Below the pieces are notes generated by a model. That model made no database searches. It was not told where the DNA came from and worked only from the letters and a program-made list of their open reading frames with translations. Positions 49,001 to 62,232 of a stretch of 64,000 nt of DNA are shown piece by piece. The position numbers and the translations under genes are program-made. This DNA comes from Azolla caroliniana (lineage: Eukaryota; Plantae; Polypodiophyta). The DNA lies in contig JBHGNT010000008.1 in the NCBI GenBank assembly GCA_043228905.1, positions 7,068,001 to 7,132,000 on the forward strand, given 5' to 3'. How positions within the stretch are numbered: position 1 is the stretch's first letter; the number at the start of each line of letters is the position of its first letter.

Positions 49001-50035
49001 GTGTTGCGAGTTGCCGACTCGAACTGAGTCGGAGTGACGGATCGTATATTGCCGAAATTGGGATCGATGAGTAGTCACGTGAAATGACGCGCCCGAATCT
49101 AAGAGCCATGTGCTCGATTCTTCAGTCGTGAGCAGAACTTCTGATCCGACTGGATTTTCGATTGATAGTATATTCGGGTCGTTTGGTAGCACATCAGCTG
49201 AGAAGCTGACGTAATTGATCTCCTCATGCCGGCCACTCTTCTTGTCTGATTTCTGAGACTTGTCGTTCTTGTTCTTGAGTGCGCGGCAGTCGGCTTTGAT
49301 GTGTCCGGGTTTCTTGCAATAGTTGCAGATTCGATTGTCCCGTGACTGGCTCCGTCTTCGCTGATTGTTCGGCTGCCGTGAGGAATCTCTTCCTCGTATG
49401 TTCGATCGTTCTGTCGAACCTTGTACTACATAAGCGTCGTTTGTTGAGTCTTTGGCGAAAGACTTTCTCCGAGCTGCTTCGGTCAGGATTGCGCTCGTGA
49501 CTTCGGAGTATTTAACAGCCGTGGTTGACGCGTTGCACACGGTTGTGACGAAAGTTTCCCATGATGAGGGAAGGCTGCTCATGAGTATCATTGCTCTGAG
49601 TTCATCCTCGATTGCTGTCCCCTGAGATGAGATTTGGGAGCTTATGCTTTCGTACTCATTGAGATGTGCTTGAACCGAATCTGATTCTTTCATCCGCAAG
49701 TTGTAGAGGCGCCGGATCAGAAACATCTTCGTTGCGGCGACCTTCTTTTCGTAGGTGTCCGACAGTGTTTTCCACAATTCGAATGCTGTCGTACACAATT
49801 GCACCGTAAAGTATACCGATTCCGATAGGTGCATCCGAATCGTGGCGCGGACGATTCTGTCCAGCTTCTGCCACTCAATTGGTTTGTATCCTTCTGGAGG
49901 TTCTTCATTTTCGATGGGATCGATTTGCCCCTTGACTATGAGATAGTCCTGCATTTGCTCCTTCCAGAAGTTGAAGTTCGATCCATCGAACTTTCGTAGA
50001 CTCATTTCTGACGAGCCGGATGTTGATGCCATCAA
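46001..50035 (-). pseudogene. gag-pol: Copia E unit 3 full-length gag-pol with one in-frame TGA (48281-48283) in the integrase core
   Basis: 584-aa and 742-aa ORFs in the same frame with all Copia domains present. Confidence 0.93.
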
Positions 50036-50806
50036 ATTTGGTTTCGGTTGACGAAGCTCGGTTCGGAGTTGACTACGAACCTTGTTGGAGTGCAGCCGGT
50101 TGGCTCACCCGATATCGTTCTAGTCGGATTTGAACCCGAGTCGGTTCGGCTTCGGATATATGTATTGTTGAACTTGCTCGAATTGACTCCGGTAACTTGA
50201 GGGACAGAACCGACTGGTCTTCCCGAATGTTGCTGAGTCGGAGTGAGCCCGGTTCGCTTCCGAATATATATGCCAAATACCGATTATTGAAACCGATTGT
50301 CTGGACCGATTCTGCTTCGAGTGACTGCAGCGACGAGAGAGACGGATCCAACTGATCCTCCCGAATGTCGATCAGCCGGATGAAGCACGAATTGGGGTTG
50401 TTGTCTTGAGACCGATCTGCACCGAGTGGTTACAATGAGCGGCGAGCAGCGTTTGATGACCTCTTCGGATGCCGTTTAACCGAGTGGAGCACGATCGTGT
50501 CAATGTTGCACAAGGGGATTTCACCTCGAGCGGTTACGATCACAAGGAACAGAGTACAACCTGCTGGCTTACTCCAAGCGAAGATGATCTAACGCGATGA
50601 GATGCAAGCCTCGTTTTTCTTCTTCTTCTCTCTTCTTCGAATGACGCAAGAAACCGAACGCTGTGCAGGCTGAGACGACGGCCGACAGCGGGTTGAGGAA
50701 CCTTCGCTCTGATACCAAATGTTGAAGACAAGGCCGTCAATGCGGAAGATCAAGTAGCATTCGATTGGGGTTGAGTACCTGCGTATGACAGTTTCCAAGA
50801 TCGTGC

Positions 50807-50838
<32 letters not shown>

Positions 50839-53800
50839 GAGGCACAAAAGACTCTTTCTATTCAATAGAAACAATAATACAACCCAACCTTACAAAAAGG
50901 TTACAAGGTCACTTTATATAGTGACAACTTAGGGCAACTACCCTTTATGCTAATTACACAAATGGCCCAAACTTGAGCTATACAAAGGGATAGTGTGAAT
51001 ACGTCCATTATACACTTGTATTCGACACTTACAAGGATTCTTAGTTATTACAAGATATTTAGAGTATTCTAGAACATTCTAAAATATTCCATGATTATAT
51101 TAAATATCTAAAATATTCTAGAACATTCTAGAATACTCCATAAGGACCTATGAATAGATGTTTATTCATTCATCACAACTCATTTGGTTCAACACCAACC
51201 TTTAGCCTTTAGCCTACTCTTTGTAACCTTATTTTCTCATAATATAATCTCATTTCCATTTCTTGCCTTCTCTCTCATTTTGTTGTAAACCAATTGTCTC
51301 ATGGGCCAATTTTGGCCTTAGAAGACGTTAATATATCTTTCTTTTCTTTCTTTTTCTCTCTCTCTCTCTCACGAGTCACAACAGAGGATAGCCTTTATGA
51401 GGAGCTTCCCTTGTGTCGAGACTTTGTGTGTGTATGGGTATAGTTAAAGTAGATCAATAGAGAAGAAGCATTAGAAAGCCCTCAAATTTTAAACACAAAT
51501 ATAGCAATCTAGGCAATATTATACAAGATTTAAGCCCATAAACATAAGGTGAAATCAAGATGAAAAAGAAAAGAGCAGAAGGGAATATCGTGCTACTTTT
51601 TCTTCTTAATATGCACCACCACTTGTCTTTGGATGGGTGATCGGCTTCAACAAAACATGTGTCAAGCACTCATGCTTCTTGCACGATCCCCTATACTCAC
51701 TTATGCCCAATTGCAAATTCATCTTTCATAATGCTACTTTTCTATAGATGGGCGTCTAGATTCAACAGAACGTATTTCAACCATTCACACCTCTCATGAT
51801 CCCTCATCATCAATTGCGTCCATTATAACTCCATTTTTCCCTCCTAGTAATTGTTAATTGAGTTTCAAACCCGCGACTATTCCATTGACAGTGCCTAACT
51901 CATACCTTTTGGGCTTTCGACCCTAGACCCATTTGTAGGCAATGTGTGTTAATGTTCTTCTTTTCCTTTTTATTTCAATGATCACCTTGACCATAATGCC
52001 AAGCTTTTGTAAAACCTGGCCTTTTTGTGTTTCTCTCTTCACACACACCATACTATGACACTATGGAACTTAAAACCTATATTCTAGTTTTGACGTCACA
52101 CATTTTAAAGGTAATAAAATGACTAAAGAAAAAATCACCATGGGGGATCCACGAAATGAACTGTACTCTAGTTTATGGTTTACAATGCAAAAAATAAGTA
52201 TAGTTTGTTACACTTTATCCAACATCTACAATTATCAAGAAGGTAATAGTTTGTAACACTAGGATTGGACCGATCGTTGACAAGTTCATAGAAGCATTTA
52301 TGAGTCAAGCAATCTATTCTATGGAACACCTATATTTAGGCCACAAATAGTCGAGATTTTGTGACAATGCGAATTCCAATTGTGTGAAGGGAAATAATAT
52401 CATATTTTTTAGATTTCAAAACCCTATATGGCCTAATATGTCCAATCTAGAATATTTATGCCAAATGTTGGTAAGAAACATGGCCATATTACAATTTGTA
52501 GAGGACTATCCTTTATTATGTAGGAATGGCTAATGGCTAATGGGCTTATAATATGAAAAGGACCCTTTACAGTTTCTAGCTTGTATAAAAAGCAAGAGAT
52601 CTAATGTAAAAAGACATTCGGGTGACCCAAATTTGGGGCGACCTTTTTGTCCTCATTTTGTCCCCTCATCATCCACTGAGAACTTTTCCACATTGATTAT
52701 TTGAGACATAGTCTTCTACATAACAAGTATCTATTTAATTAAGGCACCTTGTACATTTCTTATATAGTAATTATCTATTTAGTTAAGACTAACACGTTTC
52801 TTAATTATTGTAGTGATTAGGTGTGTTTTAATTTTAAATTAACTGTAAAAACCTTCAAGGCGTCCACCGTTGCATGAAGTGGAGAAGTAAGGGTTTTTAT
52901 GTATTGATGTATGGTGTGGACTTTGCAGTTGGAGATTAACATCCCCCAATCCCTCGGCTAGCCCATTGTAAGAAAGGCAACCCTTCAGAACTTGATAGTG
53001 ATTATGAGTCCTGTCAAACCCTTCGAGGAAACTTGATTCAAATTGAGCTAGTACAAATGTGCACTCTATCACAAGGTACAACCATTTGGATTGCTCATAT
53101 TATTACCACAATGAAAAAAATATTATGGGATTGCATGTTATTCTTAGACAATAGCTCCATGACTAGTTGCAAAATCAAAAAAAGAGTAGACCAAATATAA
53201 ACTCGGGTGCAGAACATTCATATCGAACCACAGAATGATTATGACAAGATGGACACGTCTAAGTCTGTCAAGTGAAAAGTCGTCATTCAGACATTTGGAG
53301 ATCTTTGTTGTCAAACACTTATGTGAGCGTTACAATCTCACAATTTTAGTAAAACCTACAATGTAAAATCAAAATGACCCAATTTACATATTTTCATTCC
53401 TATAACATCTAAGGAAAGACGAGTAATCATTCTACTGACATTTGTCACAATACTTGTTGCCATGACTTATCCATTGAAATTTTGAATCTTATCTATTTCA
53501 TGGAAGCCAAAAAATTTAGAGAAGGTCTAATATACACACTTTGCAAACATGAAAGCTAAGGATGTGACGAGGAGTTGGCATTTAGGAAGATTGAAAAACC
53601 TACACATAGATTCAATCGAGCTTTCACTCGGCATTGATTATTGAATGAACCAACCTACCTCAAATCCTCAATGTTTGTTAAAGTGATCCTCACCTTTTGG
53701 GTATGGTTTATGTATGCCCATTATTTGGGCATTTGAAAAACACTCATGAAAGATACGTGAAGTGTACTTTTTTATTTCTTCACAATTCTTTTTTGGTAGG

Positions 53801-55094
53801 TCCCACGCATAATGCTTAGTGACCACCCATGGGATTATCATCATGATTTTTGCCTCGAATCATAAACACATAACATTAGCGAAACTTTGGCCTAAACAAA
53901 CGGAAACCTGAAGAAAATCAAAATAAGACTTATAAATATTCTATTAAAAGGTCCATGGGAGCATTATGAGTCTATCTTAGAATATTGTATTTAAAAATGC
54001 AATTCACAAATGTTCATGGTGGCCCTCAGGAAATTCTCTCACATGTAGGATCTCTTGCATGTTGGGTATGGAAATGTTGGTTAAGCCTAGCTAAGAAAAG
54101 TGGGTGCGTTGATTGGGGTGCTTGGATAGTGCTATAATTTCTTGCACTCTCAAAGACTATGATGTTTAGTTCAAGAATGAATATAAATTTCAAATCAAGT
54201 AATACATCACATCATGTAACTTAGCCTTAACCATAAAGAAAATTTGAACCGTCCAAATCGTAAGGTTGGTTTGTGATATTTCTAAGAGTTGACAATAACA
54301 ATATGATGTCTCCACTATCCAATGCCATATGGCTTGTAATTTCAGCAAAGCATCACCAAGGTTATTGATCCAAGAATTGCACTCAAAACTTATTTAAAGC
54401 TAAATTTCTACCTCTATTAATTCTCGATGAAAGCTTAAAGTTGGTACATGTAACTTATGTAAGTTTGCCATATTCACTGTGCCTTGATAAGTAATGGGGT
54501 ATTAATTATATTTATTGCATGTTTCTCATTTTCTCAGAAGTTTGATTGAGGTGTGGCATATTAGTAGAGCCTTGGCCCCTAACATGCATGTACTCTCATA
54601 AGCCAATTCTCTATTATGTAACAAACATTGACGTCAAGCATGTTCATGTTCTCGACAAGAAAAATTCAAACTTTCAGAAAACATAAATATTATCTTGAGA
54701 ACACAACTTATGTTGCATATAATTTACAAAGGAGAAAACAGTGACGCAACTTATGTTGCATGTGATTTACGAAGGAGAAAGATATGAGGCCACTTTGAAG
54801 CATTCAAACTTAGCTCATTTTTCTTTTAGTCTATTGAAGAAAACACATATCCTATTCCTAACTTTTTGGTCCAAGATATATTATCCCTAAGCAACTTGTC
54901 ATTCATGATATCATTTACTTATAGAAGTTCACCATCTCTATTTGAATTAAATAAAACCAAGTGGTTCAATGATAAATGATCATATGTAGTGAATGTTCCA
55001 AAAGTCTTGATTGTATTGTATGAGTTTGTTATGACAAGGCAATTGAGTCTGAAACATTCAATATTATTCAGTACATTGTTGCAAGTGATTGACA

Positions 55095-55560
55095 AGGTAT
55101 GTGTCGAGAGTCGGGATGTGAAAGATATGGGGTTCATCGATGAGAGATATGTGGAGGAGTCGAACGAACATGGTCATTGATGTGGTCCGATAAATTTTCT
55201 ATTAGCAAAACATTTGAAAGAGTTGATTTAGGGTTGTCTTTTTGGGAAGAAAAGCTACAAACAGGGGCTAGGTATGTGTCAAGAGTAGAGGACATGAAAA
55301 GGATTGGGGTTCATCGACGAGAGATATGCGGAGTCATCAAACAAATGGTGTTGGTCATCAATGACCACCACAGACTCGTTAAGTTCAGACACTAGCAAAA
55401 CATTTGAAAGAGTTGATTTAGGGAAGAAAAGGTACAAACAAACATTGATTAGAGCCATCGAAGTGTGTGGAGTCGTCGAAGGAATGGTGTTGGTCATCGA
55501 TGACAATCATGAACCCGTAAGTTTAGATACCAGCAAGACATTTGAAAGAGTTGATGGAGA
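55095..55560. repeat. Degenerate tandem repeat (~180-bp unit, 2-3 partial copies)
   Basis: agcaa(a/g)acatttgaaagagttgat at ~55203, ~55394 and ~55532; ggtatgtgtc..gagt...ggggttcatcga twice. Confidence 0.7.
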
Positions 55561-56058
55561 GAAGGGAGGGCTTGTCTATTGGGGGAACTGGGTCCTAAAA
55601 GTATGAGAAAATTATTTCTAGCTAAATTTAGTAGCAACCCCCAACAAAAGGAGAGATTAGGTGTGGGGTGTGTGTCTTTTGCCATGGGTCTGTCTCATGG
55701 GCACAATATCAAGTGGACATTAATTTGAGAGGCCCAAGTGGTCATCCATATCAGACATGGCAGAAGAAAAGCTTTTAATGTGTATGTGTGTGTGCCTGTG
55801 GAATCAATCAAAAATAGAGTTAAGAACAATATTCTTTGCCTTGTTCTGCTTTTTGACTTTCTTTTCCTTATGTTTCTTCAATGCTATGGAGATAAAAATA
55901 AAATCAAGAAAAAAGAATATATATATATACATATATTGTGTATATTCAACTACTCTGTTTCTCTGTCTCTGTCTCTGTCTCTTTCCCTCTGTTCTTCTCT
56001 GCAATCAATTGGTTTTCAAAATTAAATCATATTCATTCTTCCTTCTCAATTGTGCATC

Positions 56059-56452
56059 CACTAATCTCACCCAAAACTACCCATCTCTGTTTTTCCTAAT
56101 CACATCACTAATCTCACCCATTAACACCGTCTCTGTTTTTCCTAATCACATATTAATCTCACTCAAACCCCTTCTCTGTTTCCTAATTATGTCATTAATC
56201 TCTGTTTTTCCCAAGTAACTTCACTGATCTCACCCCAAAACCCCATCTCTGTTTTCCTAATCACATCACTAATCACCCTCAAAAACCAAACCTTCTCTGC
56301 TTCCCTAATTACATCACCAATCTCATTCAATCCCCCATCTTTGTTTTTCTAATCACGCCACTAATCTCAGTCAATACCCATCTCTGTTTTCCTAATCACA
56401 TCTCTAGGATCCCTCAAAAATCCATCTGGTTTCCTTCCTAATCATATCGCTA
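56059..56452. repeat. Minisatellite, about 9 copies of a ~45-bp unit (cccatctctgttttcctaatcacatcactaatctcac)
   Basis: Recurrent tctctgtttt.cctaat cores directly upstream of the CDS at 56546. Confidence 0.8.
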
Positions 56453-56545
56453 GTTATTATACATATATAGTTTCTAATTAGCCTCTACTATATTCTTCTT
56501 CTTCTTCTTCTTCTTCTTGCAAGGTTGCAACCAGATTTATAAGCT

Positions 56546-58117
56546 ATGGAGGATCATTGGCCTGCGTTACCATCAATCAGGACATCCAATAATCGTTCAT
56601 CTAGCACAGCTTCTTCAAAGGTGAGTTGTGAAGAAAGCCTAAATCTAGAATTATCAAGGGCTGATGTTTACAATCCTCCTGATGAAACCCTAACCCTAAT
56701 GAATCAGGTGGATGATGCTGAAACCCTAAAAACTGCATCACATGCAAAAGATAATGAAACCCTAAACTTATCAACAGGCACCCATGATGATGCAAATAGT
56801 GATTTAAACCCAAGATCCACCCAATCCAGTGCATCTAGCACCCCAATAGGTGCCTCTAATTCTGGTAGACTAACTAATTCTAGAACAGGGCATGCTAATC
56901 ACATGGGCAATATTAACATCTTCTCCCAATGTTTCATGATTAATCAGCATCAGCATCATCCCAATACAGCCTCTCCAAAAGCTCCTATGAATATAATAAG
57001 CACTAGTAGCAAATCATCAAGCCCTTCATCCAATCTTAGCCACCAAAACCTGATGAAGGAAGGTACAATGAAGACTAGGTCTGGCCTAATGAGCCATGGC
57101 CACTCGAGCTCGGGTTCACATGGGCTTCTCCGGTCAATGGTGATGGGTTCGCCCACCTCGGCCGGACACATGTCCAAGATGTTGGCCGCCACAGGATCGC
57201 CCCAGTTATCGTCTCTTAGTGGCGGGATATCGAAATCCGGAGGCGGCTCGCATGGGTCCTTGTCAAGCAATCTTTTTACCCCGACCATCCGGACAAGTAA
57301 AGGGCATCACATGTCGGGCAATCTTTCCGCGTTCACGATGATCCCCCCGGACGTTGTCGGGAAGAAGAAGCCGGCCGGCTACGAGTCGGACGAGCCCACC
57401 TCGCCCCAAGTCACATGCATTGGTAGGGTGAGGAGGAAGAAGGTGAATTGGGATGCCTTAGTTAGAGAGAACAAGAAGTGTGCTCCTTCTCATGGGAAGA
57501 AGAAGGATAGCAAGGGCATGAAGAAAGGTAAGGTATCCAAGAATTTGGTAGATTTAGATGGTCATGAGGATGAAGCCCCAAGGAAAAGCATAGCCCCTAG
57601 TGTGACCATGAAGAAGACTAGTAATGTTGGTGATATCATGGTGGATGCAAAGTTGTCGTCGTCATCAATGCAAAGGCCGAGTGGGGGACATGAAATGTTT
57701 TTTGGTTCCAAAAAAGGCCATGATATGGATTTCGATGCCCAAAAACTTAAGAACGTTGATGGTGTACAAGGTGCTCCCGATCACTTTAATGTTGTTCAAG
57801 TGAACTTGACGAACCAAACACATCAAGAGCATTATACTTCTGTGCCATCATCAAATGAGCTTGTTGTTGAGTACGATATTAGTGAAGTTCCACCTCACTC
57901 GTTAATCAATGTCATTAATATCGTAGGAGAGAACTTTGATGCATCCCAATCTCAGTCACAACCGCCTCCAGATTGCCTCCTTTTGATGAGGAATTCATTA
58001 AGTCGGAGTCGATCCAGACATCAACAAGGTGATGATGCACGTGTAATCGATGTTGGTCTTAGTTTTGCACATGAAAATGCAACACAAAGTTGGCGATGGG
58101 GACAAGTACTAACCTAA
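56546..58117 (+). CDS. Intronless 523-aa Ser-rich plant protein resembling the At1g76070 / syringolide-induced 14-1-1-like family
   Basis: Long ORF with good start context (gctATGG); EPTSPQVTCIGRVR and PPPDCLLLMR match family motifs EPTSPKV(S/T)CIGQV and PPPNALLLMR (from memory). Confidence 0.82.
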   Translation: MEDHWPALPSIRTSNNRSSSTASSKVSCEESLNLELSRADVYNPPDETLTLMNQVDDAETLKTASHAKDNETLNLSTGTHDDANSDLNPRSTQSSASSTPIGASNSGRLTNSRTGHANHMGNINIFSQCFMINQHQHHPNTASPKAPMNIISTSSKSSSPSSNLSHQNLMKEGTMKTRSGLMSHGHSSSGSHGLLRSMVMGSPTSAGHMSKMLAATGSPQLSSLSGGISKSGGGSHGSLSSNLFTPTIRTSKGHHMSGNLSAFTMIPPDVVGKKKPAGYESDEPTSPQVTCIGRVRRKKVNWDALVRENKKCAPSHGKKKDSKGMKKGKVSKNLVDLDGHEDEAPRKSIAPSVTMKKTSNVGDIMVDAKLSSSSMQRPSGGHEMFFGSKKGHDMDFDAQKLKNVDGVQGAPDHFNVVQVNLTNQTHQEHYTSVPSSNELVVEYDISEVPPHSLINVINIVGENFDASQSQSQPPPDCLLLMRNSLSRSRSRHQQGDDARVIDVGLSFAHENATQSWRWGQVLT

Positions 58118-58608
58118 TGATCAAATATAATATATATTTTTGACGCACCTCACTCTTTGTAATTATTGGTATGGAAGAGGATTATAGATTGTACAAACAT
58201 ATACTACCCCAAGTGGCAACAACCAAAACTTCTCAATGTATTTTCTCTCATAAGTTTGGAGAGCCTTTAAAATTTTGTCTAGTATTTTTTGTAAATGATC
58301 ATGTTCCATTCATGATTTTTACTTTTACAAAGTTGTAGTGATACTATAATATATGGTTTCGTAACCAATTCCACACATGAATGTATGTATGTTTATATTG
58401 TAATTATAAACATGAATGTTAGATGTTTGCTAATAACAACCTTGTCCTTTCTTTAAACATACATAATAAGATAGATAGTCAATCGAGATCAATACACACT
58501 TGCATCCGCAAGATGTGACATTGAGGCATCAAATGCTTTATTAAAGAAATGGAAGTGAGTTGGTGACATGTTGTCCATATTTTAGCAAGATTGGCAATCA
58601 TAATAAGC

Positions 58609-58762
58609 AGGCTCTACATTCTCCACTATTTAGCTTTGCTCATAAACAAAATGTAAGGGTGGGTTGAATTAAAAAATAGTTCTAGAGGCTCTACATTCTC
58701 CACTATTTAGCTTTGCTCATAAACAAAATGTAAGGGTGGGTTGAATTAAAAAATATTTCTAG
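58609..58762. repeat. Tandem duplication, 2 x 77 bp
   Basis: aggctctacattctccac...tctag at 58609 and 58686, with one mismatch seen. Confidence 0.9.
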
Positions 58763-61039
58763 AGACACAGTTGACATAACCAAAGACCTATGTAAAAAAA
58801 CCCATGTTGCAAATGGGTCAATATTTATTTTTTTCCAAAAACATCTACTTCCATTAGTTAAGAATGTACAAAGGAATCATTTACAACTCATATCTTACAA
58901 GACATCTTGCATGTCAAAGGAAAACAATGTGTAGATGAAACAACATAAAAAAACAACTCCAAAACACCACATCATTCTATGTGTATAGCATTACTCGAAC
59001 ACATATTCTCCACGTGAGCCTCATACAAAACAGAATTCAGCATAGATGTCCTCCATTCGCTCCTCATGGGTCAATATTGTGTTAAAAATTAAGACCATAG
59101 AAGGAGACGATCACTCAAGATAGCTAATGTCAAAAGACAAGCCTCATATATCTAGCGAAGGAGACAATCACTTGACGATAGGTGACTTTGACATTGTTAG
59201 CTTGCTCTAACAGTGGCATTTCCACATACAATGTTAGAGCTTGAAGGGAAACTAGAATATCTAGATAGTCCAAAGTTGCCCCAAATGTCACGTTGTTGGA
59301 GGAATTTAAAGCGTTGTGAAAGAGGAGTCTCCTTATCATCCATTTTAATCACACCTTCATATTCACCTACAACACCGACCAACAAAATGCTAACTCTCAC
59401 TTGCCATCCCCAAAACAACACATTTGGCCTCTTTAGAAAGCTTATACTAGCTCATCAAGTATTTTCTTGTTTATAGACATTTAGGTGCTTATAATTCGAT
59501 GAAAAGGAGTCGGGAGTCGGGACATACGAGTATTTAGACAATGTTCACTTGATGTTAACACAAATTAACAAACATTATCATGGGTACTTAACCTTTGTTT
59601 ATTAGAAATACGTCGATATGGTATCATTGAGTGCGTCCCAAAACCTAGTCATGGAAATTATTCACATTCGTTTTGATGATCAAATATATGGTTACAAAGT
59701 GACATATTACAAAAGAAAAAGGTAGGAAGACCATGCATCTCATTATGCTTTATAGAACATTTGGACTCTAAATAAAAATATTGTTCTATCTTCATGAAAT
59801 TGTAGATGAGAACCATGAGACAACATCATGCATTGCTCCAATAAGTGTGTGTGGTCATTATTGATGATAGTGACACTTTCATAGATTGGCTTGGGAATAC
59901 ACACATTTTTTGTCTGAATAGTCTCTTTCCCAAAAAGCCGATTGATTCTCACAATAACATGCTTGGTGGAGTGAATATTGCACTGAGAGAAGTAAAAACA
60001 AAAGTAGTGATATCATATAAGCAATCTATGCAAATTATTCAACAAGATTAATTTAGTATTTGATGAAAATTACGTTCACGTAACATCACAACTTGATAGC
60101 AAATGGGCACGACACATCACAACCTTTGGGGTTCTTATTTTGAATTAGCAATGACAGAGGTAATGTGTGGAATGGAAACTATACAAACTATTAGCGAGTT
60201 GCATAAACTTCAATGTATAATGTTATGAATATATTTGTTGACAATGTTCCTCCTTTCTTTACAAAGCGATAGGGCATTTGGGTTTATGTTTGCACCCACT
60301 TTGCATATGTATGGAGAATATCTTTCACGGAACAATTGCTATTATATGAGATGATCCTCGTCGAGGAATATGGACACAACATAATTCAAAACGTGTTGGC
60401 TCACTTCAATGGTTGACCTTTGACCACAAACCTAACCTAACACTTTCTAGCTTAACCAATTGCATTCAGAACTTTAAATACACATGGATTATATTTTTTC
60501 GGGTGTCGTGTGACTAGTTTGTAATGTATTGCCTTTTGAATGCAAACCTACTCCAGAGTCCAAACCTTCCTATGGTGGGTACCTTGATTTGAACGAAACC
60601 TTGTACTTTGTTAATCTTCCACCCTTCTACTGATGTCAACCCCAAGATTGCACATCAATCACGCCTTTTTTTTTGCCATCGGAGTATCCAACTTTATGAA
60701 TTGCGAACCCAACTAAGGTGCTCAGAAATATATGTTACTTTGTCTTGACATGTATGTCAATTTATATTTTTTTACCCTTCAGTTGGCTTCGATCCCTCAA
60801 TGTACACATCAATTCGTGGGAGCCATTTGTATGATCTATGAGTGTGAACTCAAATAATATGACTAACCCATCTTCAGGCAAGGGAGTGTGTGGGTGAGGC
60901 ATCGTCCTGTCTGAATTGGAGAGAAACACACACGTTTTTTTATCTTGGAAAATGGCATTGAGACTTTCCCTTGGGAGTAGGAATTGGCAACTGTTCGGTT
61001 TCAGCTTAACCAGTTTGGCCATGTCCAAACCAAAGCGAT

Positions 61040-61462
61040 TAAGCCTAAATGGGGTTGGGAGTTTCCAAACCTGAACTGAACCGGTTCCTAAACCGGTTTA
61101 GCCAAGCCGATTAAGCTTTAACCGACTTGGTAACCGGTTTAGGCTTAATCGAACCATGAAACCATTTGAAGCGAAACCGTTTAAAAATTCCAAGCCATTA
61201 AACGTTTAAAACCGCAGTTTCGGTTTTCAACTTAGGTCAAAATTCAAAATTTTCAAAAATTTAAAGATTTCCCTAAAATGTGAGAATTAGGCTTAAAAAT
61301 GAAAAGATTGTTTTTTTTTTTTGAAAAAAAATTTAAAAATTTAAAAAACTTCACCACCAAACCGAACTGTTTAAAAAAAAACTTGAACCTGAATTGAACT
61401 GAACCGTTTAAAACCGTTAAGCCGTTAAGCCATAGGTTCGCGGTTCGGTTCAAACCGAACAT
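61040..61462. mobile_element. AACCG/CGGTT-rich MITE-like sequence (possibly hAT-derived)
   Basis: Dense aaccg, cggtt and gaaccg motifs around an AT-rich core; TIRs and TSD not resolved. Confidence 0.45.
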
Positions 61463-61602
61463 GTTGATTCCTATGGGTTGAGAGAGAGAGAGAGAGAGCC
61501 TTGAAACGAAAGGCGAGGGAGACCATGTTGCGGACCGAGCAGATTGTGTTTGGCCGGACACGGAATTGATTCCTATCGACAAGAAGGGTTTCATGTACCT
61601 TT

Positions 61603-61673
61603 GGGCGTGCCACGTGGCACGCCCCTATTTGGCAGAGCAGCCACGTGGATGGACCAACGGCTGACACGTGTCA
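61603..61673. promoter_or_regulatory. Cluster of three G-box/ABRE (CACGTG) palindromes
   Basis: gggcgtgccacgtggcacgccc 61603-61624, ccacgtgg 61641-61648, tgacacgtgtca 61662-61673. Confidence 0.65.
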
Positions 61674-62232
61674 TAGCTAAAGGAAAGGAAAAACAAAGGA
61701 ACAAAGGAGAGTTTTGGGAGGCTAGAAATGTAAGAGCTTTTTAAGTTTCTTGAGATTTCAAAAGAATAAGAAAAACAAAATGTTTTTTGGTTTTTTTTTC
61801 TGGGTGTCTATTTTTGGAAGATTTTTTTTGGGTAATCTCTGTTGAGTGATTTCTCATTCTTGAGCCATTCTTCTGATTCTGATTCTGATTCTGCTATGGC
61901 GCATCCTCTCTAAGTTACAATCTCTGCTTTTGGAAGCTCTGCATATAGCTCTACTCTACGATTCAGGATACATCTCTGCCTTCAATCTCAATCTGAAGGA
62001 AGAAGAGCCTAAACCAGAAGAAACTCAAAACCCTAAAGCCCTTCCCCCCCCCAAACCCTAAATCCTTAACCCCAAAACTCGAAATCCATTTATCCCCCAA
62101 TTCCCAAACCTACAAAACTCTAAGCCCAAAACGTCCAAACCCGAAAATCTAAACCTTACAAACCCCCAGAGATTCTAAATCCTAGAATAAAAAAAGAACT
62201 CAACACAATCTATCTTCTTTCTCTGCTGTAAA

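Larger units (their letters stand above)
31121..51027 (-). mobile_element. Copia E tandem array with 4 shared LTRs (31121-31351 truncated, 33208-33507, 45500-45807, 50720-51027) and 3 internal units; single TSD CTTAC
   Basis: CTTAC at 31116-31120 and 51028-51032; iMet PBS (tggtatcagagc) next to three LTRs (e.g. 33194-33205); PPT at 33508 and 45808; unit period 5220 bp. Confidence 0.96.
29880..51383 (+). mobile_element. Gypsy F: 5'-truncated Tcn1-like chromovirus. Integrase plus chromodomain at 29880-31072; 3' LTR 31092-31120 continuing at 51033-~51383, split by the Copia E array
   Basis: [63 protein letters not shown]....TWEP; purine-rich tract then tgtca at 31092. LTR right end estimated. 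Confidence 0.8.

Noticed and set aside
51400-55000. AT-rich region with short ORFs (also 58800-61000)
   Set aside because: No supportable gene or TE domain by eye.
56059-56452. CRISPR-like periodic repeat
   Set aside because: Eukaryotic context, no unique spacers and no cas genes; it is a minisatellite.
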